Origin: Verrucomicrobia bacterium ADurb.Bin006
GTDB taxonomy: Bacteria > Verrucomicrobiota > Verrucomicrobiia > Limisphaerales > J093
Length of the DNA: 64,000 nucleotides
Assembly (NCBI GenBank): GCA_002071485.1
Contig: MWFF01000132.1
Coordinates: forward strand, 21,911 to 85,910
Direction of reading: 5' to 3'
In this document: positions 64,000 to 64,000 of the stretch, one piece after another
How positions within the stretch are numbered: the first letter of the stretch is position 1
Layout: the number at the start of each line of letters is the position of its first letter
Position numbers and translations under genes: made by a program
Notes under the pieces: model-generated
Database searches by the model: none
Seen by the model: the letters and a program-made list of their open reading frames with translations, nothing else
Told to the model about the DNA's origin: nothing

Positions 64000-64000
64000 A

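Noticed and set aside
1-64000. Scan for CRISPR arrays, rRNA genes, additional tRNAs, transposases, integrases, toxin-antitoxin pairs and known defence-system genes.
   Set aside because: By eye I saw no regularly spaced direct repeats, no rRNA-like conserved stretches, and no ORF with recombinase, nuclease or defence motifs. A by-eye scan cannot exclude small RNAs or further tRNAs; tRNAscan-SE/Infernal and a defence-system profile scan (DefenseFinder/PADLOC-type tools) would settle this.

Overview
This is a visibly GC-rich (not computed) 64 kb chromosomal segment. Gene content suggests a PVC-superphylum bacterium, most likely Verrucomicrobiota-like. The pointers are a PEP-CTERM protein, a prepilin/H-X9-DG protein, TAT-exported Gfo/Idh/MocA and DegT enzymes, and a giant LTD/CotH protein; this placement is inference only. 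I support about 45 protein genes, one tRNA, two copies of a MITE-like element, one exact 294-bp duplication, two strong hairpins and a short tandem repeat. I saw no rRNA, CRISPR array, transposase, integrase or recognisable defence genes.

Layout:
- 1-8.2 kb: a translationally coupled + strand operon. It contains a Znu/Tro-type metal importer, a Cys-rich mini-protein, a SAM methyltransferase, two DUF5320-like proteins, two NifX-like proteins, DUF89, two MinD/4Fe-4S ATPases (one fused to a second methyltransferase) and a CoA-binding protein.
- 8.2-20 kb: radical SAM protein, TLC-like transporter, CoA-disulfide/persulfide reductase-rhodanese, 1-Cys peroxiredoxin, CooC-like ATPase, DUF4405 protein and a MacAB-like efflux system. 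This block includes the MITE/duplication scar at 13.6-15.7 kb.
- 20-31 kb: mixed exported or hypothetical proteins and several decayed gene remnants.
- 31-54.6 kb: exported glycan-processing genes. These are DegT, a beta-propeller, a TIM-barrel isomerase, a DD-carboxypeptidase, GH38, a 2700-aa LTD/CotH protein, a PEP-CTERM protein, a GH33 sialidase and a large unknown protein.
- 55-64 kb: a UCA-anticodon (Sec-type) tRNA, GntP permease, MqnA/D-like protein, RidA, a WYL regulator, a hybrid histidine kinase and the 3' end of an indolepyruvate-ferredoxin-oxidoreductase-family gene.

Most worth a second look:
- the Sec-type tRNA with an unusual helix count;
- the uncharacterised metal/NifX/MinD-Fdx/methyltransferase operon;
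- the MITE-like element pair with its perfect gene-fragment duplication;
- a C-terminal module shared by four large exported proteins.

All functional calls come from reading the motifs by eye. No searches were run.
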